A stretch of 36,761 nt of DNA. Source: a virus (lineage: Duplodnaviria; Caudoviricetes). Location of the stretch: positions 1 to 36,761 of IMG/VR virus record IMGVR_UViG_3300010366_000009; one strand, given 5' to 3'. The first letter of the stretch is position 1. Each line of letters opens with the position of its first letter. Positions 34,254 through 36,761 of the stretch are shown piece after piece. The notes beneath the pieces are model-generated. The model saw nothing but the letters and a program-made list of their open reading frames with translations, did no database searches and was not told where the DNA came from. The translations under genes and the position numbers were made by a program.

Positions 34254-36761
34254 TCAAGCGCATTTGTAGAGCAGTCCGTCCGTACTCCCGATGCAGACGT
34301 GATTGCCGCCCGGCGTAGCGTACATGTTGGGCATATAGATGTACGTCCCGCTGAACCGCGTCGACCCATCGCTATTGAGATCAAGCGTCTGACTGTTCCC
34401 CGCCGCGCCGATATGGGTTTGCCCGTTCGTAATGTTGAACGCCCCGCCGTAACTGTTCGATTGAATCTGGATTTGATCCTGCGCGAAGAATTGGACGTTG
34501 CCCGCGACGTTGACGTTAGATCCGGCCGACGAAATTTGGACGTTGGCCCCGCTGAGCGTCATCCACGCGCCCCCGTCCCATTGCAGGCCGATCGACGACC
34601 CGTTCCACTTGTACCAATTGCATTGCCCCCCCGTCGGTCCGCTGAGGGAGATCCCGCTGGTATTCAGCGTCGCGCACCCGGCCGTCAGGGTGGAACTCGT
34701 AATCGTCGACGACGTGATCCCAACCGCCGACAGATTGCCGGCCGTAATCGTGCCCAGGTTCGCCGTGATCGCCGATAGCGTTGCGACACTTAATTTGTCC
34801 GCCGTGATCGTGCCGGCGGCAATGTTCCCCGCGGTGACGGTCCCGGCGGCGAGATTGCCGCCCGTGATCGTCGCGCCGGCAATGTTCCCGCCCGTGATCG
34901 TCCCGGCGGCAATTTGCGCCGATGTGATCGTCCCGGCGGCGAGATTCCCCGCCGTGATCGTCGTGCCGGCAATGTTCCCCCCGGTAATCGTGCCGGCGGC
35001 GATCTTCGCTCCTGTGATCGTCCCGCCGGCAATGTTCGCCGCCAGGATCGTATTCGCGGCGATTTCGGTCGTCGTGATTGTCCCGGCCTGGATCTGGCCG
35101 GCGGTAATCGTGTTGGCGACCAAGCGATCGCCCGTGAGACTGGCGGCGCGAATATGGCCCGATCCGATCTGGATCTGCATTTCGACATCGTCGAAGTAGA
35201 GCGTTTGACAGGTCGCGCCCGACGCCCGACACGTGTAGTTATACAAATCGATTGACAGCCAATGGACGTTCGCCGGAACCGTGTACGTAAACTCCCGATG
35301 ATTCCAGCCCGTCGACGCGACCGAACAATTCCCACAGACGTCGGTAATCGACGTGTAGGCGACGTCGGACCCGCTGGCGGCGGCTTCCCGGACGTAGCGG
35401 ACGTACCCCTGGGTCGACGTACTTTCATTCAGCCGGACGTACAACCCGGCCGACGTTTGTCCGTTGACGTCGAACGCGATCCGATAGGTTTGGCCGGCGG
35501 CGACGGGGATCGCGTAATAGATCAGACTGTTGAACCCGCCGGCCACGGTCGCGATCCCGGCCATCATCGGCCCTTCGGTGCCCAGCGTCGTCCACACGAT
35601 CGACGCGCTACCGCCCGCGGTATCGTCCTGGGACCAGCCAGCGAGTCCTTCGGTCGCCGTCCGCCCTTCGAACGCCGCATTTTTGATCATGTTGTCGCCA
35701 AACCCCGTCGCTTGCAGACTGCCGACCGTGATCGAATTCGCTTGGATGTTCCCGCCGTTAATGTTCGTGACCCCCGACCCTTCGCCGGCAAGTGTCAACG
35801 CCACGCCGTCCCAGGCGACGCGCGTCCCGCCCGGCGTCCCCAGGCGAAACTTGTACGTCCCGTCACTGTCGCGCCCGGCCCATAGGCCATTCGCGCCCGT
35901 GCCAAACCCCGTCGGGATCGGGTTGCCGATCGCCAGACTTGGCGCCGTCGGCGAGAGACTAATGGTTTTCGTCGCGCCGTCGTACAGGTCTAACGGTAGG
36001 CCGGCGATTTCCGCGTTTTGATCGGAGATCCGCACATAGTGACGTCCCGTGAAATCGCCGGCCAGGATCCCGTATTCGCCGACGCCCGTGAGTCCGCGCA
36101 GGTTCCCCCAGCGGGTCCGCGGCGTGACGCCATAGGTCGGCGATCCGGCCCACGTACTGACTTGGACATACGGCGTGTTGACGCCGTACGCGCCAACCGC
36201 CGCACACCCGTTCACACAGACCGCGGGCGTCGACGTCGCGCCCGACAGCGTGTAGGTAAACGTCGACGCGCCCGTGACCGTGACGACAAACGCGCCGTTG
36301 TACGGCGGTTGGGACGCGCCGGAAATCACGACCGTATCGCCCGTCAGAAATCCGTGCGGCGTGTTTGTCGTCGCGGTCGCGGTCGTCCCGGCCGACGTCA
36401 TGCTGACTAACTGGGTCGGCGCCGTCGCGTTGGTTTCGACGAATCCCTGTCCCGACACGCCGTAGTCCAGGACGATCGTTTTCGCCGGGACGATCGCCGC
36501 CCCCGCCATCGTCCCGCCCGTGTTGACGCCACTGCCCCGCGTAAAGGTCCACTGCTGATACGTCGGGTTCGTCGTGTCGGGTCCACTGACGGTCCCGATC
36601 GCGTCACTCACGGTTAACGCCCCGCCGCCGCGGGAATACGTATGGATGACAACGGTATCGCCGACGGAGAACAGGGGCGCCGTCGAGCGGGGGCGATATT
36701 CGACGCGGAAGTTTCCAGAACTGGCGCCCAGGGGCGGAACCGTGAAATCTTCGGATAACAC
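34254..36761 (-). CDS. 3' part of ~1053-aa tail fibre/receptor-binding-like protein
   Basis: PHGFLTGDTVVISGA..YNG module, CBM4/9-like domain (NMIKNAAFE...LYFDDVE), 10-aa repeats, beta-rich tip. Confidence 0.85.
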   Translation of the reverse strand: MLSEDFTVPPLGASSGNFRVEYRPRSTAPLFSVGDTVVIHTYSRGGGALTVSDAIGTVSGPDTTNPTYQQWTFTRGSGVNTGGTMAGAAIVPAKTIVLDYGVSGQGFVETNATAPTQLVSMTSAGTTATATTNTPHGFLTGDTVVISGASQPPYNGAFVVTVTGASTFTYTLSGATSTPAVCVNGCAAVGAYGVNTPYVQVSTWAGSPTYGVTPRTRWGNLRGLTGVGEYGILAGDFTGRHYVRISDQNAEIAGLPLDLYDGATKTISLSPTAPSLAIGNPIPTGFGTGANGLWAGRDSDGTYKFRLGTPGGTRVAWDGVALTLAGEGSGVTNINGGNIQANSITVGSLQATGFGDNMIKNAAFEGRTATEGLAGWSQDDTAGGSASIVWTTLGTEGPMMAGIATVAGGFNSLIYYAIPVAAGQTYRIAFDVNGQTSAGLYVRLNESTSTQGYVRYVREAAASGSDVAYTSITDVCGNCSVASTGWNHREFTYTVPANVHWLSIDLYNYTCRASGATCQTLYFDDVEMQIQIGSGHIRAASLTGDRLVANTITAGQIQAGTITTTEIAANTILAANIAGGTITGAKIAAGTITGGNIAGTTITAGNLAAGTITSAQIAAGTITGGNIAGATITGGNLAAGTVTAGNIAAGTITADKLSVATLSAITANLGTITAGNLSAVGITSSTITSSTLTAGCATLNTSGISLSGPTGGQCNWYKWNGSSIGLQWDGGAWMTLSGANVQISSAGSNVNVAGNVQFFAQDQIQIQSNSYGGAFNITNGQTHIGAAGNSQTLDLNSDGSTRFSGTYIYMPNMYATPGGNHVCIGSTDGLLYKCA
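34792..35151 (-). repeat. About twelve 30-nt coding repeats (AAGTITxxNI/L)
   Basis: Repeated CCGTGATCGTNCCGGCGGCAATGTT-like units on the plus strand. Confidence 0.9.
36639..36761. repeat. Terminal direct repeat, right copy
   Basis: Identical to 1-123. Confidence 0.97.

Noticed and set aside
34254-34700. Diversity-generating retroelement targeting the fibre tip
   Set aside because: No reverse transcriptase, and no template/variable repeat pair differing at adenines was seen
34792-35151. 30-nt repeats as a CRISPR array
   Set aside because: No spacers; the repeats are degenerate, in frame, and encode a 10-aa fibre repeat

Overview
The window is an essentially complete, circularly permuted genome of a temperate, GC-rich siphovirus: bases 1-123 are identical to 36639-36761, so the unit length is about 36,638 bp. 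The minus strand carries, in order: Cro-like gene, recombination/replication genes (annealase-like, HNH, Cas4/AddB-like exonuclease, initiator, RusA), a non-canonical candidate lysis block, packaging genes (HNH, TerS, TerL), a fused prohead protease-HK97 capsid gene, portal, neck, tail tube, frameshifted tail chaperone, tape measure, tail tip, and a ~1053-aa fibre gene spanning the contig junction. The plus strand carries a CI-like repressor, small accessory genes and a large serine integrase. Four features stand out. (1) The fibre-like protein, whose N-terminus the ORF track missed, starts with a Sec-type signal peptide, has 12 cysteines in six local pairs, and is followed by two more export-signal proteins, suggesting an exported fibre module. 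(2) A symmetric 24-2-24 bp attP-like site lies inside the 3' end of the integrase gene, so integration would swap off a C-terminal -MAA tail. (3) No canonical endolysin is evident, but a glycoside-hydrolase-like protein and a distant Pro-tailed protein share a terminal HHRVY motif. (4) The protease-capsid fusion has a probable internal start. All assignments come from motif recognition and synteny by eye; no searches were run, and the host cannot be determined from the sequence alone.
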